A DNA stretch of 63,857 nt, the filler included, from Aduncisulcus paluster (Eukaryota): NCBI GenBank assembly GCA_024181965.1. It is 6 parts of 6 records of this genome, joined end to end, with 100 filler letters (N's around TTAATTAATTAA, not from the genome) between each part and the next. Parts side by side here need not be neighbours in the genome. Positions count along the whole stretch, not along the records: positions 15,932 to 44,115 come from BQXS01010040.1; positions 44,216 to 61,307 come from BQXS01010041.1; 4 more parts are not named here. One strand, given 5' to 3'. The notes under the pieces are model-generated. The model ran no database searches and had not been told where the DNA came from. It worked only from the letters and a program-made list of their open reading frames with translations. Shown here in pieces: positions 34,601 to 44,876 of the stretch. A program made the translations under genes and the position numbers. Within the stretch, counting starts at the first letter, position 1; each line of letters opens with the position of its first letter.

Positions 34601-36422
34601 AAGAGAGAAGGATTCGAATATGGGAAGACAGGAGAGAAAACTCAGATTTTGAATCGAAATAACCTTTTCCTTTCAAACATATCCATAAAAACAGTAGTTT
34701 AGGCTCAGGATTTGAATATTCGCGACATCTTTTGAGGTAGAAATCCTTGTTAACACTCATGGAGGCAATCATATCACATATTGATTGTATGGGATGGTCA
34801 AGAATGGTTCCAAACCAATTCATACAATGCCTAAGATAATTATCTTTTGCAAATGCAACCATAGAAATGGAATTGTTCAAACTTTGAATATTGGCAGAAG
34901 AAGAAGATGTTCCATCCTCATCACTGGAACTAAATTCATCTTCTTCTTCACGATCTGAATGTTCCTTCTTTCTTCTTTTGGAATTCATGGCAGGACTATT
35001 TTTAGATACGGCTGTTCTAAATATAGAATATTGAGAATGAGCCTTTTCAATATTTACCTTTAACACCTTTCTCTCACTTTTTACATGCATTGAAAGAATT
35101 TTATCCTCAATCGAATCAACAATCTTACAAGTGTCATGGTGCTTAAACAGACACAGTAGGGCAAGAACGAACAGAAATTCTCTTGTATTTGGAGCAAAAG
35201 CACGAGCAGAGGTAGCCACGATAGAGTTTACCATTGATTTCCTGAGCAATGCAAAGCTTTGGGCGCAGTATCGGTCTATATCTTGCTTTGAAGGCTCAAC
35301 CATCCAGACACTCTTCCGACTATTTAAGAGTTTATATCCGCATACCTGTTCACATAAAGATATATAAAGCTGATTGTCGTTTTCTATTTCCAATATCCAT
35401 CTCACACAACGGCAGGCTTCAACGAGGAAATATAAATCCCATCGTTCAGCATCGGTCTTGCACTTATGTAGCCGAGAAATGAAGGTTTCACACTGAGATG
35501 CCTCGATATCTATGTCCATCATTTCACTGGCTTGAGCAATAGCCACTTCATCGGTCATTCGAAGGCTGCCAACCTGAGGAATGTTCTGGAAGGATTCCTT
35601 CTTCTCTTTGTAATGAGGGTGGAGTGTTTTCAAAGCCATCAAACAATGGAGATTGAGGTTATCAAAGGAGGAAGCAGATGGAAAGGGAGATAATGATTCA
35701 ATAATGGTGACAATATCAGGGAAATGAGACTCTATTGGGACAATCTGTTTCATTTGGCTTTGGAATGTTTTTGTAGATGTTGAAGAACCCCTCGGAGAGG
35801 GAGAAAACCGTTCAATAGTAGGTGGATGGGTAACAGTATCAGAAATTTCCCTATCTCCATTATCTTTTGGAGTTTTTGATGGGATGACGTGCTTTGATTT
35901 GGAACTCCGTAAACGAGGTGAGACAGGAGGTGAAGTTGGTTCTGGATTGGGATTTGGAACAAGAGGGATCATTGAAACAGGATCTGATTTATCATGTTGA
36001 TCTTTTTTCCTCGATAATTCAGGTATAGAGAGTTTTACATGGTTTTCTTCAGGAAGAGTGATTTTGGGAACGGAAAGTGATTGAGAAGGAATATCGGAAT
36101 CTATTTTCCCTTCCAATTGTGAAACTCGTTTAATGGTTTCTTTTAAATCATGATAAATCGATGAAATTAACTGGTGATCATGTTTTTGCTTTTCATCAGG
36201 AATAGCCGAATCTACTTTCTTTTCAAGGACTTCAATTTTAAAAGAGAGACTTTCTTTCTCTTTAATCAATAAATTTATCGTCTTTTCCATTGATTTAATA
36301 GTTTCTGAAGATGTAGCTAATTGTTCACGAATAGCAGCATTTTCAGAGCTTATAACATCCATGATACTTTGAAATACCTTTCCTAACTCCTTTAGAGATG
36401 AGTCGGAGGAAGGGATAGGCAT
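31632..36422 (-). CDS. Calpain-family (CysPc) cysteine protease with long N-terminal extension
   Basis: 'QGELPDC' (Cys at 34092-34094), 'VRVDDSVP', 'IIEKSFARMYGSF', 'HNHAF' (His) and 'IRNPHG' (Asn), then 'GIFWI' and C2-like segments. Confidence 0.85.
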   Translation of the reverse strand: MPIPSSDSSLKELGKVFQSIMDVISSENAAIREQLATSSETIKSMEKTINLLIKEKESLSFKIEVLEKKVDSAIPDEKQKHDHQLISSIYHDLKETIKRVSQLEGKIDSDIPSQSLSVPKITLPEENHVKLSIPELSRKKDQHDKSDPVSMIPLVPNPNPEPTSPPVSPRLRSSKSKHVIPSKTPKDNGDREISDTVTHPPTIERFSPSPRGSSTSTKTFQSQMKQIVPIESHFPDIVTIIESLSPFPSASSFDNLNLHCLMALKTLHPHYKEKKESFQNIPQVGSLRMTDEVAIAQASEMMDIDIEASQCETFISRLHKCKTDAERWDLYFLVEACRCVRWILEIENDNQLYISLCEQVCGYKLLNSRKSVWMVEPSKQDIDRYCAQSFALLRKSMVNSIVATSARAFAPNTREFLFVLALLCLFKHHDTCKIVDSIEDKILSMHVKSERKVLKVNIEKAHSQYSIFRTAVSKNSPAMNSKRRKKEHSDREEEDEFSSSDEDGTSSSSANIQSLNNSISMVAFAKDNYLRHCMNWFGTILDHPIQSICDMIASMSVNKDFYLKRCREYSNPEPKLLFLWICLKGKGYFDSKSEFSLLSSHIRILLSSILDVNPSLDVLEGKNIRSLLKNDDNCSLIPVDVTSFDILESHSTCVTKPAPSTGKSSSSSSQKQSESSLFKSNPELWKWGGRQTLLIAGKNHEEMKAVKRHGSMVRWKCLHHVHPNTMLAPPFLLNMDYYNEELGVDVRCDVSHPMHSIFRNQLDILCSSHAQGELPDCQLLSTVTAIINARGVTPFLKYINEKEGMYTLRYVLEGDEKLVRVDDSVPLRGRDVGLFCKPKKVDASKIVSHDGKGPIVIRSSLHSPLSGHISGSSDSSEQPKDVYFSLLPIIEKSFARMYGSFNALENDTKEFISMISSLMGVEQLLRASKVFHNDTELKYTMKQALSLLTRSSGDIIAILGTNKYRTTHELSHNHAFRLISVHTDSRSKQIMACIRNPHGHTEFTGSYGPQDTAFWDSTRQIEYKYTPSDNNGIFWIRYSQILDYFESLNVLIVPTHSRWKHQWIHGRWMELGTGYMNSNTSNNVTLSNSLPHTFILHVNGTSKKEVSVVLKNERGSPEIRKWMDMRHRQDHAAHDSGEETISATCDDCCQSISSSDDSLKSTAMIEKMCVVDNCIEKAMQSSILSKLKSTKCEHSALRIRGFKLSRAPRGLNEAMKIALHGTHKSPLIVEPVELLTSGEKYLTGKEVSVYAELDPGIYCISLEAMAPYCSIFFSGHFLADKSIVIRSLFQGLVGKGYIFSGRWGKDSSDQTSLSRSVPVAIINRDLTRTAEVSTLLYSSQTYVGTSCMPIPALSPKFLSKTPDLESLPLHLHSVPDCEEKSEYTQESDNFIKFVSGSTNVTMTTIKPQLCAGVMPHLHSTPTVSGSFQPYFGMILTDYSDNIDVCFKPFASAAWKLRGSWNSSLSLKSIRLNPSIIPSVAVKFYPSKKVKTKNPFKISSPQVVSIALHPDETRGQFYCINVYEGSSPLSQSSHLLKSGVLYGGASAVMDIALPDEISDVTIAVLADKEGKTNEFDLSIRSNCRMTIVNNSLRKYTK

Positions 36423-36871
36423 TTTCGATCTTTGTCTGGATCAAAATATCATATTTTTGTGTGCATCCCACAGCAACCAATTTCAGTCCCACCCTAATGA
36501 CCCGTCACAAACTTTCCTAATACATACTTTATTCCGCATTGGGTGATTTGGAACAATACGAACACCATAAATCTTTATTAGAATATGCTAATCACAATTG
36601 AATAAACCCCCCCGAGTCAAAATATCATATTTTGATTTGTATGATACAATTGTTGAGGATCGTTGTCAACAAGTTATATCTCTTGATGATAGAAGAAAAA
36701 TACATGAGTATAAGCTATAAATAATAATAAAAAATAGTATTTATTTTACTGTAAAAATGCATTTTCAGAAACTTATTCCTCAGCCCATCATGGGCTTTAA
36801 TGATGATCATAAAAGGATAAAAGGTGATCATATTTATTTTAAAACATCAAAAAAATTTTTTTTATCCATTT

Positions 36872-39619
36872 CTAAATATATTTTGCCGCTAACAAACGTT
36901 CCCAGACCCGATTAGCAGCCTCTTCATCTTCGATTTCAGGAATCTCTTCCTCATCTAATTCTTCATCATCTTCACTTAATAGATCACTCACAGGAGTTAA
37001 ATTGTGTGCCAAATGACCGATTGAATCAACACATTTGACCAGATTGGCCTCAGCAGTTGCGAGTTGTACCTTCAGACCAAGACATTCTTTCTCAAGCTCC
37101 CTATTTCTAGCCTCGACCCCTGTCAATTCCTTGTGATGCTTCTTAGAATCTTGATCCACCGACGATTCATAATACTTGATTTGCCCAAGCATGCGGACTT
37201 CACCATCCCTGAGCTTTGAGATTTCATCGCTCGCTTCTTTCTCTTTCTTTGCAAACTCATCACGAGCCTCCTTTAGTTTAGTTCTTAGTTTGTCCTCGAT
37301 CGTAATTACTTTCTCTTTATGCTGTTCCTCCATTCTTTGGACTTCTTTCCGATGATTAAGCACAATCCGTTCAATTTCCTCCAGATGACGCTTTTCGGCA
37401 GTCTCTTTGTCTTCCATAGTTTTCATCCGTTCAATCAATTGATCCCTTTCATGCTTAAACTGCTCCAATAGATCAGACTTTTCATCATATTGCCGTTGCG
37501 ACTCTTCAGCACCCACACGAGCCTTATAGAGTTGCTCCCGATACTTCCTGATCCACTCATCTTTCTTCGTGCAAGAACGGCTCAAAGATTGATATTCGCT
37601 TGCCTTCTTGTCGTATGATTTCTGGAGATTCCCATTGGCGTTCTTGAGAGATTCGTAATCTTTAAGAGTTCCTTCCAATTTCTCCCAAGCCTTCTCCAAA
37701 CTCTCCATAATACCCTTCATTATATCAGTGTGAGTGAGATCCCTCTGATGAGCGCTTGAAGAAATAAACATTCTCTTGTCATCCAAATCACCTTTCGGTG
37801 AACATCTTAATGAAATCTTCCTTGTGATTTCATCGAGATGTTGCAAAAGCTCGTCAAACTCCATTGTTTTTTTGTGATTTTCCGTTTTCACATCCTTTAG
37901 CTCTTTTTCCAGTTCCTCCTTAGCCTTTCTATCCTCTTCCGATTGTTTGGATGATCGCCCAGCAGACTTTGCAATTTCCGGTATCCCTGCGACAACACGA
38001 TGAACACCGCTGAGAATAGAAGTAATGGCTTCACTCGCATCCGACTGCCAATGCCGTTTATATCTGTCGAGATGTTGCCGACAGGATGAACACATCTCAA
38101 CGTCTAAACCATATCTATTCACAGGCTGGCTTGATTCCTTGGGTGGTAAGGTTATCATTTCAGAGAGAGCATCGGCAACACTCTTACATTGGCCCATGAT
38201 AAGATCCACATCTGAGGATTTAATGCCAATCTTCACGCGTTCGGGATTTGGCTCCTTCAATACAACGTGCTTCAGATCACTCATAAACCGAAGAGTCTTT
38301 TTAATGTATTCCTGCGTCTTGACACCATTCCCAACGACCAGTTCATGTTCAAATGGAAGACATATACAGAATGTTGTTCCTCCGAATAGTAAATAATCAG
38401 CGAGAAATCTACCAAGAATGGCTCCCCCATCTTTAACACTGCCTTTAGTCCAATTACGACGCTTACTGGCATCATCATGGGGGGGTAAGTTCTCTTTCTT
38501 AAGCATCGACTCAAGATGTGACAATGAACTACTGATGAATGTGTTCTTTTTCGAGGATACAGAATGCTGGCCTTTGATAGCACAGTGTTCAACACCAGCA
38601 AGATCTCCAAAACAACCAAATGAAAATTTTTCAAAGCCTTCCATTTTTGTTCCCCGTGATCCCTTCTTTTCCCACCCAATTCCTATGAAAACAAGCATAT
38701 GAGACCGCGAAGAAGAATTATTTCCGGCAGTCTTCTCAACAAACCGTTTTCCAATGACATTTTCCATTATTAACTCCAATCCACAACGATCTTGCAAATC
38801 ATACCAAGGAATTGCTTTTTTAAGTGGCTTAAAAGGAGTTTCGTAATCGGTTGAGTTTCGACTCAAGAAGTTACTATTTGAAATATCAATTTCGGAAAAT
38901 CTAGTTTTTTCAAATAATTCCCCTCTACGAAAGCGTCTAGTCACTTTACCAACTAATTTGTCACCGCAAGCCCCAATCAAATCCCTAACTCTCCCACAAT
39001 TACTCTTTGTTGAGGGACAAAGTTCAATGACAGATATTTTGAGAACATTTAAAAAATCTCCCTTAGATTCATCGTTATACAGATCTCTGAGTTGAAATAT
39101 CTGGTTCATTATTGAAGGAAAGAATCGATCTGCTGTTTCAGGATTACTAAGACTAAAACCCTTCTCCATACCTGAACTATATGTTTTACCGGAACCTGTA
39201 GGGCCAAAGAAGGTCGCACATATATGACGACCATCCATTAACTCTTGAGCGATCCTATTAACACCAAAAACATCCAAAAAAGTATCATTATTATGATAGG
39301 GCATAATACATTTATCCACACCACAATTATAAGTGAAATAGTGACGAATAGTTTCAGAGCTATCAAGAAAATCCGGGGGAGCGCATCTTATTGAGAAATC
39401 ACCTTTTTTTCCATCCAAAGGAAGGACAGAAAATCGATGGTAAGGATCTCCTAAATAGAGATCATGCTCACTTTTAGTACTAACAGCATCCATTAAACTA
39501 CAATAAGTTTTCAATTCTTTTTCATCTATTTTCGTCCCAATTAATCTATGAGTGAATTCGATCAGCGGAGGTCGAATTCGACATAATATACGAATTTTAC
39601 CTTCAGAATAAGAGCTCAT
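36872..39619 (-). CDS. Divergent N-terminal-motor kinesin with coiled-coil tail
   Basis: 'IRILCRIRP', P-loop 'GPTGSGKTYS', switch I 'NNSSSRSH', switch II 'DLAGVE'; long coiled coil in the C-terminal half. Confidence 0.88.
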   Translation of the reverse strand: MSSYSEGKIRILCRIRPPLIEFTHRLIGTKIDEKELKTYCSLMDAVSTKSEHDLYLGDPYHRFSVLPLDGKKGDFSIRCAPPDFLDSSETIRHYFTYNCGVDKCIMPYHNNDTFLDVFGVNRIAQELMDGRHICATFFGPTGSGKTYSSGMEKGFSLSNPETADRFFPSIMNQIFQLRDLYNDESKGDFLNVLKISVIELCPSTKSNCGRVRDLIGACGDKLVGKVTRRFRRGELFEKTRFSEIDISNSNFLSRNSTDYETPFKPLKKAIPWYDLQDRCGLELIMENVIGKRFVEKTAGNNSSSRSHMLVFIGIGWEKKGSRGTKMEGFEKFSFGCFGDLAGVEHCAIKGQHSVSSKKNTFISSSLSHLESMLKKENLPPHDDASKRRNWTKGSVKDGGAILGRFLADYLLFGGTTFCICLPFEHELVVGNGVKTQEYIKKTLRFMSDLKHVVLKEPNPERVKIGIKSSDVDLIMGQCKSVADALSEMITLPPKESSQPVNRYGLDVEMCSSCRQHLDRYKRHWQSDASEAITSILSGVHRVVAGIPEIAKSAGRSSKQSEEDRKAKEELEKELKDVKTENHKKTMEFDELLQHLDEITRKISLRCSPKGDLDDKRMFISSSAHQRDLTHTDIMKGIMESLEKAWEKLEGTLKDYESLKNANGNLQKSYDKKASEYQSLSRSCTKKDEWIRKYREQLYKARVGAEESQRQYDEKSDLLEQFKHERDQLIERMKTMEDKETAEKRHLEEIERIVLNHRKEVQRMEEQHKEKVITIEDKLRTKLKEARDEFAKKEKEASDEISKLRDGEVRMLGQIKYYESSVDQDSKKHHKELTGVEARNRELEKECLGLKVQLATAEANLVKCVDSIGHLAHNLTPVSDLLSEDDEELDEEEIPEIEDEEAANRVWERLLAAKYI

Positions 39620-39873
39620 TAATGCTTAAATACAAGTTTAATTTAACAAATAAAGTTTTTAAATCTCTAAAGGTGTCAAATTAGCTCTCTCTGATGTTGA
39701 CTCCTCACGCATGAGTATATGAGGAGTCAAAGTATACGACACAATTCCATAGTCATTGATTTCAAAATCAGTAATAATACATAAAAAAATAATTCGGCAA
39801 TAAAAATATTTATTGAACACCATCACCGAACTAAAGAAAAAAAAAAAAAGAAAAATAGAAATAGAAACTATTT

Positions 39874-40608
39874 TTAACACCCACATCCTGAGCCATCAGT
39901 TGGTTTTTCGCCTTCTTCAACTACAACTTCACCACCAGCAGCGAATTCCCCATCACCACCTTCGTCTTCATCAGTGGCTGAGATAATTCCGTATATCTTC
40001 TTTAATGTTTGTTGGAAGGCTTCATCAACGTTAGATCCATCACATGCAGAAGTTTCAATGAAACTAAGTCCATGTTCTTCAGCAAAAGCAACTCCATCGG
40101 CACGTTTCACGGCACGAAGATGGGCAAGATCAGTCTTATTCGCAGCAAGCATAATCACAATGTTGGATTCAGCATGGTCACGCAACTCTTGGAGCCAACG
40201 ATCAATTTGTTCGAAAGTACGATGTTGAGTGATATCATATACGAGAAGAGCTCCCATAGCTCCACGATAAAAAGCAGAAGTAATAGCCCTGTATCTTTCT
40301 TGTCCAGCAGTATCCCAAATCTGAGCTTTTATCATTTTATCATCAATAGAAACATTTCTAGTTGCGAATTCTACACCAATAGTAGATTTCGAATCAATAT
40401 TAAAAGTATTACGGGTAAATCTGGATAGAAGTTGGGATTTTCCAACTCCACTTTCCCCAATAAGAACAACTATTTAAGATAAGGATAAGATATAGCCAGA
40501 ACATGTGAGAAATATTCTAAAGGGACAAAGAACAACAGAAAAAAAAAAATAACCCTTAACAAACATACTTTTGAAAAGAAAATCATATGGATTAGGATGA
40601 TCACTCAT
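39874..40608 (-). CDS. RAB11: Rab11 small GTPase; exon 1 40608-40569, intron 40568-40470, exon 2 40469-39874
   Basis: Spliced product [50 protein letters not shown]...[24 protein letters not shown], ending in the CGC prenylation motif. Confidence 0.95.
40470..40568 (-). other. 99-nt spliceosomal intron (GTATGT...AAATAG), phase 1
   Basis: Removal restores the YDFLFK|IVLIG Rab motif; the retained intron contains an in-frame TAA. Confidence 0.92.
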
Positions 40609-40937
40609 TTTTCTTTGTTATGTGGCAAATCCGAGCCTTCATTGTCGTCGGTTGCTATGGTTGCGTAGGTTTCGACTACATTTGGTTTCCACCCAGCTCA
40701 TTCAAATAAATGATTCTATTCTATTCTTTTTCAACACGAGGATATTTTTTTGGAATATTTTCTTGTGTTGAAAACCGAAGCCCCACTCTCCAGCTTGAGA
40801 TATCTTGCAGAATACATAATAATTCACAATAAAAAATTTATTTTGTTAAATGAGGTTGAAATATAAGTCTCATCATTCCTTATGTCCACTCCAAATTGAA
40901 CAAGACACAATCATCATTTTGAGTGAGTTTGAAAAAT

Positions 40938-41690
40938 ATGGAAGCGCATCCTGAGGTAGTATTAAAACGTAGGAAGGCTTTACAACATAAAATAACTTCC
41001 AAACTTGCTTCAAGGAAGAGGAATCAAAAATCCAAAGGCACAGGTCGTAAATCGAAAAAAACAGAGAAAATTCTAATACCCGAGCAAATAATTCGCAAAA
41101 CCATGATGAAAAAATATGACGCAGCTGCTTGTTCTATCCGTCAAAGGTCAAACAAGCCCTTTGTTGTTCCTGACGATGCCAAGTTGATTTTTGCAATGCG
41201 TATTCGGCGTAGTAGACATATGACCGCTCAGGTTAAACAAGCTTTGAGAGGTTTAGGACTTCTTGTTGGACCAGGATATGGAGTCTTCCTTCAAGTTACA
41301 AAGGACAACCTTTCTCTTCTTAGAGCTGCGGAATCATATATTGTATGGGGTTGGCCCTCACTTAAACTTGTTAGGGAACTCATGGAAAAACGTGCTACCG
41401 TTCGTCTTGACAAAGGCGAAGAATTGTTGACCGACAACGTTATGATCGAGAAAGCTTTTGGTGAAAAATATGGATATGTGTGTATAGACGATCTTGTCCA
41501 TGTCATATACAATGTTGGAGAAGGTTTTGATGACATAATTAAGAAATTTTTGAAGCCTTTTTGTGTGTGTGAGAGTGGTAGAGCCACAAAGCTTGATTTG
41601 AGTCATAAATTTGATGAATCAATCCCTAAAAGGGGAGGTTTTGGTTTTAGAGGTGTAGAAGTGAACACATTTGTTCTTGGTTTACTGTAA
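40938..41690 (+). CDS. uL30-family protein, more like nucleolar Rlp7/RPL7L1 than cytosolic RPL7
   Basis: 'PEVVLKRRK', 'KLIFAMRIR', 'ESYIVWGWPSLKLVRELMEKRA', 'LTDNVMIEKAFG...CIDDLVH' and 'GGFGFRG'. The divergence suggests the biogenesis paralogue (inference). Confidence 0.8.
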   Translation: MEAHPEVVLKRRKALQHKITSKLASRKRNQKSKGTGRKSKKTEKILIPEQIIRKTMMKKYDAAACSIRQRSNKPFVVPDDAKLIFAMRIRRSRHMTAQVKQALRGLGLLVGPGYGVFLQVTKDNLSLLRAAESYIVWGWPSLKLVRELMEKRATVRLDKGEELLTDNVMIEKAFGEKYGYVCIDDLVHVIYNVGEGFDDIIKKFLKPFCVCESGRATKLDLSHKFDESIPKRGGFGFRGVEVNTFVLGLL

Positions 41691-42097
41691 TCATTTCTTT
41701 TTTTACCAAAGATCCTAGTTTTAATATCAAGTAAAATATTTCGCCATTTGTTGAAATATTTGTGGTATCACTCTTTAGTTTTTAAAATGGGAGTGGACAA
41801 TGCACTCAGAGAGTAAAACAATAGAGTCACTCTATCTGACGGTCAGAGATGCACTTTTGCTATCTCCCCAATTCAAGATAAAATCATCCATTTTCATTTA
41901 AAATATATATTTACACAACTAATTATTTATTATTTAGGCATTTAAACTGTCGTCCTCTCTATAGAATTTCCGATTTTGCAAAATTTTGTTGGCGAAGCCG
42001 TTTTGTCCTATTTGATAGTTATTTTGTTCATATAACTCATTCCTTTGTGTTTTTATTCAAATAAGTTTCAGTATTCTTTTCTCAAATTTATTATAAT

Positions 42098-43372
42098 ATG
42101 CTTCCAGCCTATCATAGAGCCCCTCTCGGCCCCCCTCATGGAATACCATCGAGACCAATAACAGTATCATCTTTACGAGGCCATGACATTGTAAAAAATC
42201 ATAATATTTCGACAGATATGACTATATCAGGCCGCCATCCCTCTCCTGTTTGGGATAGAGTTCCTCAGCGCCGTGCGGTTTCTTCTCTGGGACAAAGGAG
42301 ACGGACCAATCGAGCCCCACGAATAAGTGTCTATGATCGAACCCTTCAACCTCAGACTCGTTCAATCAATTCAGCACTCCCTATTCACATTCACACTCGC
42401 CAAGCGGTTGAACGACTTCCCCGCCGAACAAGTTCCACTCATTCGATGAAAACCCCACCTTCTGAGGCTATCCATTTTGATAAAGCAAGTAAGCGTCCGT
42501 CGTCGCGAGTTAGCGGTCGTATTTGTGGTGCATGTTCTCTTGATAGTTTATTTGGGCCCAAAACCGCTGCCAACATCCGGAGGCGAGACCTTGATTTATA
42601 TACAAGTGGATCTATTTCCGTTGAAGTATTTCTCCTTGAAGAGATGAAGAAGATGCAAAAATCTACTTCCCATCTCAGCGAAATAGAGAAAATTGTTGCT
42701 GAGCATATGGTCTATTCTGATGCATTTGAGAAACTAATAATCCACGATAAAGCATATTCAGCTGTTCTTGAAAGAATCAAAAACTCTTATGATATGATAT
42801 TAGGTTTACTAGGAGCACAACGTCGTCTACCAGTGTCCGTTGTTGCTCAAACCGTTTCTAAATCAGGAGACGATCGATCCCTAAGCATTGGCATTACCCC
42901 AGATCCTCACCTTCTTGATACAGCCTCCCAGCAAATTATGATGCGTGCTTCTGCGCAGAACAAGAAGAAACCGTCCTCCACATTTGATTCTATCACTCCG
43001 ATGGGCCTTGTGAGTACTGATTCAGCGACCGGAACTGAATTTGATGATGCTTCTCAAAAGGATATCGATGATGTTTCTTCTGCTCTGTTTGGACAATCCA
43101 CAGGTCCAGGGGATTCTTCAACAGAAGTCCAAGCTCCAAACACGGACGAAGATCTTGCTAAGCTACTCTTTGAAAGGACCAGTTTGATGAGACAATTGAA
43201 GAAGGAAAAACAGGCTCGAATGAAGGCAGAAGCCAACGAAGAGCGGCTTAAGGGTATTGTTCGGCGGTTGAAATTGCAAGTAAGTGAAAAGAAGGAACGT
43301 CAACGCGCATTTCTTCGAGAAAAAGGAGCAGATCCTGAACGACTCCTTGATATTCAAGAAGAATTGTTTTGA
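42098..43372 (+). CDS. Coiled-coil protein with a TSNAXIP1_N-like (C6orf118/CLHC1-type) segment
   Basis: 'HMVYSDAFEKLIIHDKAYSAVLERIKNSYD' resembles the 'L.VY...FE.FI..F..Y..LL..IK.EYE' motif of that domain; C-terminal coiled coil. Confidence 0.5.
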   Translation: MLPAYHRAPLGPPHGIPSRPITVSSLRGHDIVKNHNISTDMTISGRHPSPVWDRVPQRRAVSSLGQRRRTNRAPRISVYDRTLQPQTRSINSALPIHIHTRQAVERLPRRTSSTHSMKTPPSEAIHFDKASKRPSSRVSGRICGACSLDSLFGPKTAANIRRRDLDLYTSGSISVEVFLLEEMKKMQKSTSHLSEIEKIVAEHMVYSDAFEKLIIHDKAYSAVLERIKNSYDMILGLLGAQRRLPVSVVAQTVSKSGDDRSLSIGITPDPHLLDTASQQIMMRASAQNKKKPSSTFDSITPMGLVSTDSATGTEFDDASQKDIDDVSSALFGQSTGPGDSSTEVQAPNTDEDLAKLLFERTSLMRQLKKEKQARMKAEANEERLKGIVRRLKLQVSEKKERQRAFLREKGADPERLLDIQEELF

Positions 43373-43751
43373 TCTGTGATGTATGATCAACTTTTTATGT
43401 TTATATTCAATATAAATCCCAATACAATTTATCCATTGTAACTTGTTTTATTTTACTCTTGTCTAAGCACTAACTAGAGTCCAAATTTGCCAGGTTAGTC
43501 GACTACAACCATAATCATTGCGATGAATGACTTCGTTTTCACTAGAAGCTTATATGATCGGTATATAGTCAATAAAGTTACTTATTGGATATTAAAACGG
43601 ACTGAAATTCAATATTATTCCTTATTTTGATGTTATATCGAAATGTTTTCGTTGGTTATTTTGATTTTCTGCTGTTTGGGGAAATCCAACAATCTACAAT
43701 CTACAGCATATTGATTTTCTTTCATAAATATTTGGTTACATCGGTCTGTCT

Positions 43752-44115
43752 ATGATAAATAGTATATCACAAGATCTCCCGCCCTCTAACTTTGAAATAT
43801 CAACTAGGGCTCGGGTTTCTAGGATTAAATCTATTTTCTATGGTGTTCCCGTAATATTTAACTCTTTATATTATCTTTCTATCGCTTTTTTTATTTCCCT
43901 TATTTCTATTGTCTCTTTATGTAATTCAATGTATTCAATCTCTGTAGATAGTTATCCCGATGAATATCAAGTTTATATTCCCGATGACTTGCTTAGACTC
44001 AACTTATGTGAGATGTACACATATGATTTTGATATAGGTCTGTGTGATATCTCGAAATACCAGATTGCAAGTCTTGACTCTCCAATGATGGGATCTATGT
44101 TATATGGCGACTATC
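43752..44115 (+). CDS. Hypothetical membrane protein fragment (3' truncated)
   Basis: ORF runs into the linker and has one hydrophobic segment; the start is uncertain. Confidence 0.4.
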
Positions 44116-44215
44116 NNNNNNNNNNNNNNNNNNNNNNNNNNNNNNNNNNNNNNNNNNNNTTAATTAATTAANNNNNNNNNNNNNNNNNNNNNNNNNNNNN
44201 NNNNNNNNNNNNNNN
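44116..44215. other. Artificial contig-join linker
   Basis: N44-TTAATTAATTAA-N44. Confidence 0.97.
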
Positions 44216-44216
44216 A

Positions 44217-44617
44217 GAAGAATCTTCTCAGCTCGAAGTGAATACTGTTGAAGTTGAGTTATTAATTACTGGCACTGAAGGTGATAATGTTCCTTCTCAA
44301 ATTAAGGACATTGCCGGAATTGGAGAGATTGCCGGAATTGATGATGATGAGGTATTCATTGTTCAAGAAATGGTTCATGCCCTTCCACATGAGATCGTTG
44401 AGAATGGTGGAATTGTTCTTGATGTCGACAATGAAAAAGAAGAGAATGGTGGAATAACACTTCATATGGACGATATTGACAATCAATCTCCAGTAGCTAC
44501 ACTCGTAGTGGGATCTGAACATTCACACAATCACGAAGAAGAGGAAGAAGAGCAGGAGAAAGAGGAAGAGGAGAAAGAGGAAGAGGAGAAAGAAGAGGAA
44601 AAAGAAGAGGAAGAGGA

Positions 44618-44656
<39 letters not shown>

Positions 44657-44876
44657 AGAAGAAGAAGAAGAAGAAGATTATCCGATTCATGATCCAAAGA
44701 TACTTTATGATACCAGTGTCCCTAGTAATCCCTCTGATGATTTTAAAGACAGGGAAATGAGAATAGAGAGAGAAACTGAGCAGAAATTCGATCGTGATGC
44801 AAGCTCTGATAATTCGTCTTCTGATGATGAATTTGGTAAAATTCACATAAAATATGAGGGAGATGGAGAGATTTAA
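44217..44876 (+). CDS. C-terminal fragment of an acidic poly-Glu hypothetical protein (5' truncated)
   Basis: The frame is open from the contig start to TAA at 44874-44876 and includes a ~45-residue Glu-rich tract. Confidence 0.6.

Noticed and set aside
39874..39885. Alternative genetic code (TAA/TAG = Gln as in hexamitid diplomonads)
   Set aside because: TAA terminates Rab11 exactly after its CGC prenylation motif and ends the uL30-family gene. Long conserved ORFs contain no in-frame TAR.
40651..40664. RFX X-box-like motif GTTGCTATGGTTGC (and CCATGGCAAC at 31551)
   Set aside because: These are only half-site matches, they are not upstream of the ciliary-type genes, and I have no evidence for RFX factors in this lineage.
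44497..44846. Poly-Phe/poly-Leu and other short antisense or alternate-frame ORFs throughout the ORF track
   Set aside because: They are shadows of GAA/TCT-rich sense-strand coding sequence and have no independent support.
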